From Neodothiora populina (taxonomy: Eukaryota), in assembly GCF_041146345.1 (NCBI RefSeq), contig NW_027191409.1:682001-746000 (forward strand): a DNA stretch of 64,000 nt. The letters are read 5' to 3'. Positions 49,822 to 61,620 of this stretch are shown in pieces; the first letter of the stretch is position 1; each line of letters begins with the position of its first letter. The notes under the pieces are model-generated. The model was given only the letters and a program-made list of their open reading frames with translations, was not told the origin of the DNA and searched no databases. Position numbers and translations under genes: made by a program.

Positions 49822-52800
49822 ATGCCGCTTCTGGAAGTGCAGGCCTGCGTCAAAGCCGGTGCAATGACTACGGCCAATAAAAAAAAGACCACCTTCGAAG
49901 CACCAGGTTCTGCCTCCCTCAACTGCTTCTTCGACAGCTGCAAAGAGGCACCGCCCTCGCTCGATGATGGCTATGATGACCAGCTTAATGACCGTCCGAG
50001 AAAGAGGCAGCGCCGGGATCCGGACGCCAAGGACGATAGCCTGTCGACTTACCCCCACCAACAACACCTGCACATCCCTATTGCTCGATTAGTCTTGAAT
50101 CTATATTCTCCGGAAGAATCTATGCATGATTATGACGATGATGCAATAGACGTCTCGGTGGTCGAGGTGGAGCCAGTGGACAGGGTCGCCAAAGGCCGTC
50201 GGCCTCGAAATGCTGCTGCCGTTCCCTTCACTTCCAAACCCATCACGATTTCTCTCCTCGCTCCTTTGAACGTTGCAGAGAGGCTACTTTTAACATTCCA
50301 GACAAGTGATGCTGTGGACGAACGCCCATTCGACTTGCTAAGAAAAGTAACCTCCCTGGAGCGTCGGGCAAAGTCGAAGAACAAAGGCGTGGCCCATGCA
50401 CAGACTCGCCTTATACGCCGTCGCAGCCCCAAAGGTACAGTATACGCTCTCGAGTCTACCATCACATGGCTGGACGGGCAGTCCGCCTATGGTCCGCTGG
50501 CCGTCAAGGGTTCAGATGAGGAGATCCTAGCTCTGTGCTTTCCCGAGTGTCGTCATGCTGATGTACAAGACACCAAAGGCTGGATATGGACCCCCCAAGA
50601 CTTCTATGAGTGCGTCTATTCTCCTCCACCCAACCTCCCTCTGCCAAGTGCTCTCGACAGGAACGTTCTTGAAACAGAACTTTACCCCTTTCAGAAGAGA
50701 GCGGTCGCTTGGATGCTGGAGAGAGAAAAGCCCACCGAAGCAGCGCCCGCCTCTTCTTCTTTCAACCAGACCAAAGATGTACTTGATTGCGACTGTTTTG
50801 TCAGCCATCTACAGGGCGTGGTCTGCTCACCGCAAAATCTGGCTCGCATGTCCGAACCTCGCGGAGGCATCTTGGCCGAGGAAATGGGACTCGGGAAGAC
50901 CTGCGAAGTCATTGCTCTGATCACTCTCAATCGTCGGCCACCGTTGCCAGAAGGTGAGCCTACACATGGCGACGTACCCGACAGACTCATTACCTCTCGC
51001 GCTACCCTTATCGTCACACCTCCGACCATCTTGCAACAGTGGAAAGATGAACTTAACAAGCACGCCCCAGGGCTCAAAGTCACCGACTACACAGGCATGA
51101 TGGCGTCACTAAAGGAGAAGACAAATGAAGATAAAGTGTTGCACGATTTTGCTACTAGCGACGTAGTCCTTACAACATACCCTATCCTCGCCAAAGAAGT
51201 TCACTTTGCTGTCGACCCGCCAGAACGATCCCTCCGACATCGTGACACAAAGCGCAAGAGACCGCGGAGCCCTCTTGTTCGCATGCATTGGTGGCGGACC
51301 TGTCTCGATGAGGCCCAGATGGTGGAGAGTGGAGTCAGCGCTGCCGCCAAAGTGGCTGCCTTGCTGCCACGCGACAATGCTTGGGCCATCTCCGGAACCC
51401 CTTTACGAAAAGATGTCGAAGATCTGTACGGTCTGCTTCTGTTTCTCAGGTATCAGCCTTTCTGCGACTCTCCCAGCATCTGGCGTAGGTTGATCACGCG
51501 CTACAAGGATGACTTCCGAGATATTTTTGGACGCGTCTCCCTGCGCCACACAAAGGAAAAGATTCGAGATGAGCTCCGACTGCCGCCCCAGAGACGCATT
51601 GTGTTGACCTTACCCTTCACAGCCATCGAGGAGCAGAACTACAAGACCCTTTTCGATGACATGTGCTCGGACATAGGTTTCATGTCTGATGGCTCACCCC
51701 TGGATGGCCAGTGGGATCCTGACTCGCCGGGTACAGTGGAGGCAATGCGGGGCTGGTTGGTCCGACTGCGGCAGACATGTCTCCATCCTCAGGTAGGCGG
51801 GAGAAACAGGAGAGCCCTCGGTCGTGGTACTGCACCCTTGAGGACTGTTGCTGAGGTTCTTGAGGTGATGATTGACCAGAATGAGACCGCCGTGAGAACC
51901 GAGGCAAGACAGGCCATTTTGAGTCTCCTTCTGAAGGGGCACATCATTGCAAACGCAGAAGATGACGAGGACAGATCCAGGAAAGCTCTTGAGGTATACG
52001 AGATTGCCTTCAAGCAAGCAGAGGAGATTGTACTTGAAAGTCGATCAGCCTTGGCTCAGCTGGGAGGCAGTCTAGACCTCGAAAGTGATGACGGCTCTTT
52101 CGACGACGCAGATCCCGTCAAGACGGAACAACACACCGCACGAGTGAGGTCACGAGCAGGTCTGCACTCGTCACTTCAGCTGCAGCACGCTTGTGCGTTC
52201 TTCATAGGCACGGCATACTTCCAGATCAAATCAAACGAGACCATCACAGAGCCCGACTCGGACGATTTCAAAGCGCTCGAGGAAAGGGAAACATCGTTCT
52301 ACGAATTGGCAAAGACAATCCGTAAAGAGTTGCTAGGAGAGGCTTCCGCAAAGGCCGAGAAGCTCATGGAGAAAGTCGAGGACTGCAAGGGTGCTGATAT
52401 CCAACCATCGAAGTTGTCGGCAATCGAAGGAAGCGGCGGTATAGAGAACGTGAAAATCGTGTCCAAGGCTGAGGATCTGGCCGATCTTCTCGATGCTCAA
52501 GCCGAGCTCATCAAGAAATGGGGTGCGAAAGTCATCGAGCTGCTACTCAAGCCTTTGGTGGACGAGGATGAAGGGATGGAGCTCACTGGTGACGAATATG
52601 AAGACTCGACCAAGCAGCAAGATACTCTGTACGCCTATATGGATGCCCTGCGAGCCATGGTCGCTGACCGAAATTCGTGTATCACTGGACAGAGCGCACC
52701 GCTCGTCGACCACGAGATGAACGTACTCATTCGTGAGGCAAAGGAGGAAAAAGGTCACGATCCGGAACTGTTGCTGAAGCTGTTGGCAATGCGCGGCAAA

Positions 52801-54369
52801 TTGAAACAACAGCCAGACGACCTTATCTCGTTGCGAGGGTTGATATACGAAGCTCGAGCACTGGAAACGTCTTTGCAATGGCAGGAAGGCAGTGGCTCGA
52901 GGGCAAGTGCCGAATTGGCTCTGCTGCACCGCCAGATGAAAGAAATGAACGCAATCCTTTCGGATGAAACCAAGGTATTGACCGAACTCGAGAAGAGACT
53001 TGAGCTTTTCCGATCGACCATGAATCAACGTCTCGAGTTTTATCGGCAACTGCAATACATCTCGGACACAGTCGCACCTTACAAAGAGGAGCTAGACGAG
53101 ACACTCGACAAGAAAGCGTTGGAGATTGCTGAGAAATCGCAAGAGGCCAAGGCTCGAATTCTCGCGCAGCTCAAAACTAAGCAGCGCTTCTTGCATCATC
53201 TACGGGACGAGTCTAATAGTTCATCCGACGCAGAGCGAGTTTGTGTTATCTGTCAATGCTCATTCGAACAGGGTGTTTTGACTGTCTGCGGCCACCAGTA
53301 CTGCAAGGAATGTATCCAGCACTGGTGGAAAGCGCATAGAACGTGTCCTGTGTGCAAGAGAAGACTACATGGTGCCGACTTCCACGACATCACGTACAAG
53401 CCACGTGAAATGCGAGCACAAGAAGAAGAGCACACGGGCTCGGACCTCCCATCGCCTGATCGATCCGAAGCAACAGGCTCTCGAGCTTCCTCTCTGTATT
53501 CCTCTCTGTACTCAGACATAGGCACCGGCACGCTCGACCAGATCAAGTCCATCGACCTCAACGGCTCATACGGAACCAAAATCGACACTCTGGCGCGGCA
53601 CATCCTCTGGCTGCGAGCCAACGACGCGGGCGCCAAATCGATAGTCTTCAGCCAATACCGCGAGTTCCTGGACGTGCTAGGGACTGCGTTTCGACAATTC
53701 GGCATCGGCTTCTCACGCATGGGACACGCGAAAGCAATCGACCGCTTCAAGCAAGACCCTAGCGTCGAGGTCTTCCTTCTCGATGCCAAAACCGACTCGT
53801 CTGGTCTGAACCTTACCAACGCGCAATACGTGTTTCTCGCGGAACCGCTTATCAACACGGCGATTGAGCTGCAGGCAATTGCCCGCGTGCACCGGATCGG
53901 CCAGCAGAGAGCGACGACGGTTTACATGTATCTCATCGGCGACACGGTCGAGGAAGCCATCTACGATATCTCCGTCACGCGAAGACTGGCGCACATGAAC
54001 AACAAGCAAAGACCAAAGCCCTCTGCAACCGCTTCATCTTCCTCCCATACAAGCTCCCGCTCCACCACTCCCCCACCGCCGCCGCAGCCGCACCAACAAG
54101 CAAGTATACCAGGCGAAGCAGCAATCGACGCCGCAAACTCCCTCGAGCTGCAACAAGCGCCACTGTCCAAACTGCTAGTAAAAGGCAAAGTCGGCGGCGA
54201 AATAGTCGCGCAGGATGATTTGTGGGCTTGTCTGTTCGGTGGTGCTGGGAAGAGAGGGGGTGGGGGTGGGGGTAATGGCAAGAATAATACGCTGCTTTCG
54301 GAGCAGTTTCAGGTTGAGATGGGCAGGCATTTGAGGGCGCAGGCTGCTGAGGTGCGGAGAGATAGTTAG
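49822..54369 (+). CDS. IRC20: SNF2-family helicase / RING E3 ligase, SHPRH/Irc20-like
   Basis: 1515-aa intronless ORF: LYPFQKRAV, GGILAEEMGLGKT, CLDEAQM, SGTP, long helical insert, C3HC4 RING (CVICQ..CGHQYCKEC..CPVC), helicase-C (IVFSQY, GLNL, QAIARVHRIGQ). Exact start uncertain. Confidence 0.9.
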   Translation: MPLLEVQACVKAGAMTTANKKKTTFEAPGSASLNCFFDSCKEAPPSLDDGYDDQLNDRPRKRQRRDPDAKDDSLSTYPHQQHLHIPIARLVLNLYSPEESMHDYDDDAIDVSVVEVEPVDRVAKGRRPRNAAAVPFTSKPITISLLAPLNVAERLLLTFQTSDAVDERPFDLLRKVTSLERRAKSKNKGVAHAQTRLIRRRSPKGTVYALESTITWLDGQSAYGPLAVKGSDEEILALCFPECRHADVQDTKGWIWTPQDFYECVYSPPPNLPLPSALDRNVLETELYPFQKRAVAWMLEREKPTEAAPASSSFNQTKDVLDCDCFVSHLQGVVCSPQNLARMSEPRGGILAEEMGLGKTCEVIALITLNRRPPLPEGEPTHGDVPDRLITSRATLIVTPPTILQQWKDELNKHAPGLKVTDYTGMMASLKEKTNEDKVLHDFATSDVVLTTYPILAKEVHFAVDPPERSLRHRDTKRKRPRSPLVRMHWWRTCLDEAQMVESGVSAAAKVAALLPRDNAWAISGTPLRKDVEDLYGLLLFLRYQPFCDSPSIWRRLITRYKDDFRDIFGRVSLRHTKEKIRDELRLPPQRRIVLTLPFTAIEEQNYKTLFDDMCSDIGFMSDGSPLDGQWDPDSPGTVEAMRGWLVRLRQTCLHPQVGGRNRRALGRGTAPLRTVAEVLEVMIDQNETAVRTEARQAILSLLLKGHIIANAEDDEDRSRKALEVYEIAFKQAEEIVLESRSALAQLGGSLDLESDDGSFDDADPVKTEQHTARVRSRAGLHSSLQLQHACAFFIGTAYFQIKSNETITEPDSDDFKALEERETSFYELAKTIRKELLGEASAKAEKLMEKVEDCKGADIQPSKLSAIEGSGGIENVKIVSKAEDLADLLDAQAELIKKWGAKVIELLLKPLVDEDEGMELTGDEYEDSTKQQDTLYAYMDALRAMVADRNSCITGQSAPLVDHEMNVLIREAKEEKGHDPELLLKLLAMRGKLKQQPDDLISLRGLIYEARALETSLQWQEGSGSRASAELALLHRQMKEMNAILSDETKVLTELEKRLELFRSTMNQRLEFYRQLQYISDTVAPYKEELDETLDKKALEIAEKSQEAKARILAQLKTKQRFLHHLRDESNSSSDAERVCVICQCSFEQGVLTVCGHQYCKECIQHWWKAHRTCPVCKRRLHGADFHDITYKPREMRAQEEEHTGSDLPSPDRSEATGSRASSLYSSLYSDIGTGTLDQIKSIDLNGSYGTKIDTLARHILWLRANDAGAKSIVFSQYREFLDVLGTAFRQFGIGFSRMGHAKAIDRFKQDPSVEVFLLDAKTDSSGLNLTNAQYVFLAEPLINTAIELQAIARVHRIGQQRATTVYMYLIGDTVEEAIYDISVTRRLAHMNNKQRPKPSATASSSSHTSSRSTTPPPPPQPHQQASIPGEAAIDAANSLELQQAPLSKLLVKGKVGGEIVAQDDLWACLFGGAGKRGGGGGGNGKNNTLLSEQFQVEMGRHLRAQAAEVRRDS

Positions 54370-54895
54370 ATATGCTAATTATTGTTTCTTCCACTTCGTG
54401 TGAGCGCTCGTGGGTGGCTGTGTACTTTACGATTATGCAAAGATGAGGGAAAAGGGTTCAAAACCGAGGAGATTGCGCCTTCTGTATTGTACTCCGTGTT
54501 TCATGTATACAGACGGCATATAGACCAATGATCTTGTGTCGAAGAGACATACAAGTACTACCTGTTATTCATGTCCGAACAAGGGAGCGGAAGGAAAGCT
54601 TTCTTATTGTGTTGATTGTCCAAAACATCTATTCTCTAGTCTATTCTGTCCAAGACAGGTAGATGTGTATCTGCCGGATGGCGCCTGGCAGTCAGGTTAC
54701 GTTTCTCTCTCTCCTTCCTTCATCTATTCGTTTGCCTTCCTCGTCTGTCGAGTCTCTGGTGGGGACAAGAGCGAGGAGTGAGTCTTGTCTGTGACACTTC
54801 ACACTGCCAATCGATACCCGGGTACTCGTCTCGTCTATGATACCAGATACTACCAATTGCCCAATCGGTAGTCACAAATCGGGAGTTCAAGTTCT

Positions 54896-56166
54896 CTATG
54901 CCTTGACCATGAAAATCTGTAGAGTAAAAAGGTCAGCCATTGTCCAAACATTCAATCATTAGAAAAAAAGGAGGAATATCTCACCTCCTTAAGCGCCTGC
55001 GGATCCATATGCGCCCTGCCCTTGGCAGCGATATACCTCTGCCTAACAGCGTGTCGGCCGATAAGCGGCACTGCGGCTGCCACGGCTGCTGTAGCTGCTG
55101 CACCGCCTGCTGAGGCGGTCGTAGAAGCAGACGCGCTCCGCTTCGCTTCTTTGGCGGCTCGTCTGGCGGCTTTTCGAGCCCGGCGCTCTTCTCGCTCGGC
55201 TTTGCGGGCGAGTTTCTCGGCCTTTTTGAGGGCTTTGGCGGCTGCTGATTCGTCGTCGTCTGTTGATGGTCTCGAGGCGCTCTTTCTTGTGCTGCTGGAC
55301 TTTTTGCTCTCTTTCTTGGATTTCTTCGTCGTCTTCCTGGAGGACTTTTTCTCGGAGGCGTTGCTGCTGCTGTGGCTTGATGAGGCTTCTGAGTCCGAGT
55401 CGCTTGTGGTTGTTGTGTTTGTCGTTTTGGGGTCGGTCGTTTTGGATTTGCGAGCGGGCTTTGTGGTGGTGTTGGGGGGTTCTTGTTCGGTTGTCTTTTC
55501 CTTCTTCGATGACTTTTTCGACTTTTTCGCTTTGGGCTTTGTCTCTTCCTCTTCCTCTTCGTCGCTCGAATGAGACGAGTCGCTGTTGTCGTCGTTGTCG
55601 GACTCCAACGGTGTCTTTTCCTCACCGTCCCCTCCAGCTCGCTTCCTCTTCGCACCCCTAGCATCCTCAGACGCAACAGCAGCGACACTCTCCTTGGTGG
55701 CCTCGTCCAGATCCGCCTTCTTGACAATCTCCGCCTTATCAATCCGATCGCCGACCAAGAACCCCGCACTCACGAAATTGACATACCCACCCTTCCTCGA
55801 CTGATAAAGCGCGAGTTCCACATCCCGCTGAGCCTGCTGTTCCTTGCCCACCTGCTCCTCCGTCTTGCCGTTCAACCTCCCCAAAATCCCACTGAACAGA
55901 CTCAGCCCGAACGTGTCCGCATTGTTCCCCCCTCTCTTCGCGCCCAGACCCAGCTGGTCGTCTTTGAGCAGCACGCGGATGTGGCTGGCGCTGCCGGCCG
56001 TGTAGTGCTCTGCGTGGGCGGCGTCTGAGGCCCCCAGTGTTTGGCCTGGCGTCCAGCCTTGCGACGACAGGATCTTGTGTCCAAAGGACTCCGTGTTGCG
56101 TGCCCAGGCCGTGTTGTTTGGGTCGTGGGAGAGTTTGGCGCGCTTTTTCGGGGCCGAGAGTCCCAT
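54896..56166 (-). CDS. PXR1: G-patch nucleolar protein Pxr1/Gno1 (PinX1)
   Basis: Exons 56166-54985 and 54916-54896. MGLSAPKKRAKLSHDPNNTAW, G-patch FGHKILSSQGWTPGQTLGA...LGLGA, KKE-rich tail, end MDPQALKEIFMVKA*. Confidence 0.93.
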
Positions 56167-56884
56167 TGTGCTGCCTGTTCTTTTTTTCTCTTTCTGGCCG
56201 GATTGGCTTTTACGGGGGTTGGGTCTTGGGCCTCTGTGCTACTGTAGAGGGACAGATTGAAAAAGAGGATGAGCAGAGGATAAATGATTGGACGTGTAGT
56301 TTGGATTAGAAAATCACAAGTTGAAAAATAATTGTTGATTATTATCGCTCCTTCCCGTCTTTCCCTTTCCCCATCTTTTAGGAAAGCGCTGAAAAGGCCG
56401 TTGGTTCTTGGCATTTTCATGTTTCTTGGCAGGCGCCTGGATTAGATGTACAAGAGATAAATTTTTATACTTTCTCGAGGATGCTTCGCTACGGTAGTTA
56501 TCATTCATATTATACAAGAGACGGACCCGGACAGAATTCACAGCGAAAGAACGAAGGGGATCATCATGCTGCCTCTACAACAAGACCAACGTCCTTGTTA
56601 AATTGACTGTAATTGCACATTGATACTCCTCGGCACGAGTGAGCCATAGATCTTTGACCTTACATGTTGTCTAACTTCTCGCTATTATCGAAGCAAAGTC
56701 ATGCAACCCCCTTCCTCCTGTTCCCCTAAACTTCTTTGAGATACTTTTTCCACATGTGGTCTTAGATCCTTCACTCCTCACAGACGAGGAGAAAAGATTC
56801 AAGATTGGACAAGAGCCAAGACAACGAGCCGAACAGACCTACGCCCAAATCCGATGCAGGCGTCAATACCCAGTAGATCTAAGA

Positions 56885-59279
56885 TCAGAATCTCAGATCG
56901 TTCATCAACACTGGAAGCGCATATGCGGCATCGCCTGCGACAGCATAGAACTCTCCTACAGGAGCAGCACTTCCCATGGGCAAAAGAGCCTGGTGTTGTT
57001 GATAATGGCTTTGTTGTTGTTGTCTTTGCTGAGCATAGTCTCGGGGGACTGACGTGCGACCATTATTACCGCCATGCTGCTGGTGGAACATTTGAATCAA
57101 TCTTTTTCCAATGCCAGGTTCCAGCTCTGTTCCATCTCGCGCGATCTTGACCTCCCGGTTCGCATTCCAAGGGTTTCGCAGACCACGTGTGCGGTAGAAG
57201 GGTAGCCGATCTGTGGAGAGCCATTGTATCTCAAATGGCCGGCCTCGGCCTTGGTCGTCTCGTTGGTATCGTTGCTGCACTTGAGATCTTGTTGATGTTG
57301 TTGTCGATAATGCAGGTGTATTGATCCCGTCTTCCTGGTTGGTCGTATCGGCTGCATCAGAAGGGTTGGTGTGGTCTCCCCCTTCTGCCTCTGTGGTCTC
57401 ATCCGCTTCTCCAGCTCCTTCTTCCTCTTCTGGTGATTCCTGAGCCTCCCAAAAAATGGTTCCGCGAGCTGAGTCATCTACTATACGACCCCTTGGCGCC
57501 CATTCCGTCGCAGGCGTAGGTATGGATTTAGGTGCACCATCATCATGTCCAGACGTCATGGCGCCAGTCATGCCTTCCATGTGTGAATCGGTGGACTGTC
57601 GTTGACGCTGCTGCTCTACTTCGTCGATCGGGTCATTTTCGTCGGCGATTCTGGACGTCATTCGCGCGTATCCAAAGTACTCGCCTGATCGGTTGGCAGA
57701 GAAAATGAGGTACACATTATCAGCGGACTGTCGGAGACAAAAGAAACAAATCATGTTAGCAAAGAGAGACGATACGATGATAAGCATTGCGAGATATCCG
57801 AGAAGAGCGAACACAACAACCTGATCAAGTGGTCCTTCTCATGCGCATAGCTTTCCTTCTTCACTTGCTTCGTCATTCTTGTTCTTGGTCTTACCTGAAA
57901 GGCTTCATTCAGCGCTGCTTCGTTGTGTGCCTGAGTCGCCCAGACACCGTTCCGCACACTCGCCTCGAGATCCTGCAGCGTCAGACTCTTGACAATAAAA
58001 TATTTGCCTTCAACATGGTTGTGCCCCGGCGCACTCGCATTGCCGGCGGCTACGCGGCTATCCGGGTTGAGTGGTGTGGAACTTGATCCACTGGCTATCA
58101 CAACCCCTGATCCACGACTCCCTGGTGTTTCTCCCGAGATGTCTGACTTCGTGGCTGTCGCGACAATCGTCTTGCTATCGTTGTCGGCTCTGTTGCTGTC
58201 GCTTGGACGAGGTGAAGCAGTAGCAGTCGCGGCTGCACTGGGCGCAGATTCTCGCCGTGGTCGGCACACCAATCGCACTCCGTTGAATCGTGAGTCGTGG
58301 AAACGCTTCATGGCCGCCGTGCATGCCACCTCGGTCTTGTAGTTAACAAAAGCGCAGTTGCTCTTCGAGATCAGAAACAAACTCTCGATTTCCTTCGTCG
58401 CTTCGCGGGAAAAGTGATCCTTCAAGTCTGTCACTGTTGTGCCAGGAGGCAAGTTTCCCACCCACAAAGCATGGCCTGACTGCTTCGGCTTCCGTGGAGG
58501 CCCTCGCGGATACGAGACGGCCGAAGCAGGAATAGAGCGATTAGTCGCATAGCCTGGACTGCTTGTCAGATGAGACTCAAAGTGAATCAACAGCTCCTTC
58601 CAGACCTACCGACATTGCCTTTTGCATACGATTGCGTCGCGTATAGCGACGGATCGATCATCCCATAAGGCGTTGGAGACACCTGCGGGTAGCTAACAGG
58701 TCGTGGCTGAGAGCTCGCATAGTTCTGGTGAGTTGCAGGCATGTGCATGGAGGGCATGCTAGGAAATTGCTGGTAAGTTCCATACATCGCATAGGTTTGA
58801 CTCAATTGAGGGGGATATCCAGGACCTAAAGGCGATCTCGCTATGCCCATAAAAAGGTGTTGCTGCTGCTCCGACGGAGACATGTGGTGACCAGGTACAT
58901 GCGGCGGTAATGCTGGAAACCCAGCGTGTATAGGAGAGTGCGCCATATAGCCCCCGAGCGTGTTGTAGTGCTGATCGTAATGACCAGCTCGGGGCAAGGC
59001 ACCGGGTGCTGGCAATGTTTGTGCCAACCCACTCATGTCACTCCCACGCGTAGATCCTGCTTGAACAAAGGGGCTATTGTTGTTAGGAGCATGAGCACTT
59101 TCATCTCGTCGTGGCGACGCTGACACGACATCGAGTTGAGAATAGAATGGCGCAGCAATTGCTGCATTTTGTGCAGCAAGTTCAGCCTGGGTACCGGTGG
59201 CATAACTCTCAAGCCTCCCCGCTCCGTCTGCATTTGGTGCTTCATGCAACTGGTCCCGAGATTGCGAATACTGCTCCAT
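56885..59279 (-). CDS. RRM + YTH (YT521-B-like) RNA-binding protein
   Basis: Exons 59279-58610, 58553-57895, 57727-56885. RRM (ALWVGNLP, CAFVNY); YTH (YFIVKS..GVWATQAHNE..VYLIFSANRSGEYFGYARM..NPWNANREVKIARDGTELEP). 5' end uncertain. Confidence 0.9.
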
Positions 59280-61448
59280 CACTGGCAGACATCAATACCA
59301 GGATAGCTTTTTGCTTGAGCACCTCCGTGGTTTCAGTGGTACGTGTAGTGTTCACGCTTCAAGTAAAGTGTACAAGCCACATTCCGCCAGCTGTCGCCAG
59401 ATCAGTCAGCTAAACGTCAGACGAATGCAGCAGCACATACTGCTTTAAGGCGACAGATAGCAGCCCTAAAGGAACTGTGCGATGATGGAAGGGTACCCTT
59501 ACCATGGCCATACGTGACTGGGTCTAGCGGGCAGAACGGAAGATTTTCGACGCCACTGCACGGGGCAATCAGAAAGCGGAAGAGGAGAGTGCCAGATGGC
59601 GGACAGCGGCAGCCACAAGAGAAGACCCATCTGAGAAAAAAACATGACATTGTGTTGATGTACTACACAATAACCGTTAAGCGCGAATGTAATGTGGCGG
59701 TACTACACAGGACCGACGAGCCGTTGGGCGGGCAGGGTTCACCCGCGGGTATAGTAGGCTTTACTGTACCTTAATTCACACAAAGTCAATGGTGGTGAGA
59801 AAAGCAAGAGGGGCACGTACAGGAAAAAAGGACAGGTACGCCCGGGCCAGATCGTTAGAGGCATGTGAGAAAAACAGCAAGACGGTGCGAGAACGCGGGA
59901 AGGGGAGAACGACCGAGTCGCGAGCTTGTGTGATCGTTCATGGGCACTAAAATGGGATCGCACTAGCGTGCACAGGTGCCTCATAACACAAGGAAGGTAC
60001 AATACTGTACCTTGTTTTCCTACCTTCGATGCAGCTAGCTATGCCACGGTGATCTAATCCGAGTCAAGTGAGCTGTTCTCCTATAACCAAGGTGATACTT
60101 GCATCATTAGTTGTAGCGCCGACTATTGTGCACGATTAAAGGTCCAGACCTGCAAAGGTCGGACAACAGCAATATCAGCAGTGGAAGCAGACGATATCTA
60201 AGCTCGACCATCCCTTTGACCGGCTAAGGCTGCAAGTACCAAGACAGGGGGGAAGTGGCACAGTCGAATTGAGGTGGAATGACGATGTCGGGCGAACCCA
60301 AGGGGTGCATCGACCAGAGTACCAAGAGTGCTTCCTCGAAGAGAGATCGACCAGCAAAACGTGAATCGTATCTCTGACCGTTGGGTTCAGACCTAGATTT
60401 CTCCGGTCTAGAGCGTTCAAGATGCTTCCCTTATGACCTATATAACGTCAGCCGTGCAATGCACGGGAACTTGGGGCGACGCGGGCGGTGCCGTGGCAGT
60501 TTTAGCACCAGTCACCCCTGCGTGTGGCTGATAAGAATTGTCACTGGCGAGACCGGTACTCACGTAAAACTCGATTTAGAACTGTAGGGTTAAACTCTCT
60601 TTTGCGAATGCGTTACGCAGGGAGTGTGGCAAATCCAGGCTTGTGTCATATCTTGTACATGCTGTCAATGTATTTGTGTGGCTTGCTCTCGCAACTTCTC
60701 CACGGCAAGTGTGTACCATCTTCCTATAAGCCCCTGAGCAATGCTTGTGCCTTGGTTTTACTACCGCAGTGCCCCATTGTCTGGAAGTAGTAAGATCCTG
60801 GTAACCTACCGTACACAAGCGCAATAAGCGACGTTGCTCATGGCACGGGAACGGGAAAGTGTCTCGGAGCTTTGCTCCGCTCAGCCTCATCGATCGGCTC
60901 GTGCGTCACAAATCCGCGTTCCGACTCCCCGAATACCGGTGCTGCGCAGCTCCAGTAGGCGCAGTCTGAATCTTGACCCTCAGCGGCTATTTCCGCGATC
61001 TCGCGAGTAGGCTGGACGCGGATCTCTAAGGTGACAATCTGCAAATCAACCGCGATGCCGTTATGGCGCAAACTCCCGATCTCCTGACTTTCAGCGCCGA
61101 CATGCATTGTGCTCGTGACTTCCGGCGTGCGATATGCTACAGAACCTGACTACCTTGCCTCAGCTGAATTTCACTACTGACCTACCTATGCTGGACACTT
61201 CTACGTGCTTTGCTTTACTTGTTCAAATAGCCCTTTGGAGGGTTTCTCCTTGGTCTTTCTTACCTGCCATTACCAATGATGCTTGACCTTTCTAGAATGT
61301 TGAGCGCAAATGATTGACACTCCCCATGCTGGGAAAATACTAGGATCATATTTACGTGCATCACAGAAGACAGGAACCTGCAGATCATGTCACGCGAGAA
61401 AAAGCCGAGAGGGCTAAGCACTCATACTCAGGCACAAGGATTGGTAAA

Positions 61449-61476
61449 GGTGTAGACGTGAAGGTGTAGACGTGAA
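61449..61476. repeat. 14-bp tandem duplication (GGTGTAGACGTGAA)2 downstream of STT4
   Basis: Read directly. Confidence 0.8.
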
Positions 61477-61620
61477 GATTTGGTATGACGATCAACAAAA
61501 CGACTACGGCCCGTCCTTGACTCAAACAGTGTCTAACGCCGAATGGGCTTGGCATAGAAGTAAAGAAGTTGATGAATGGTAGCGTGCCCAATGCAAGCCT
61601 CCCATGCCTGGGGTATTAAC

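Noticed and set aside
54981..56028. Multiple overlapping ORFs across PXR1
   Set aside because: Low-complexity Lys/Glu/Ser coding sequence lacks stops in other frames.
60838..61107. 89-aa minus-strand ORF between the YTH gene and STT4
   Set aside because: No recognisable motif, codon bias or splice support.
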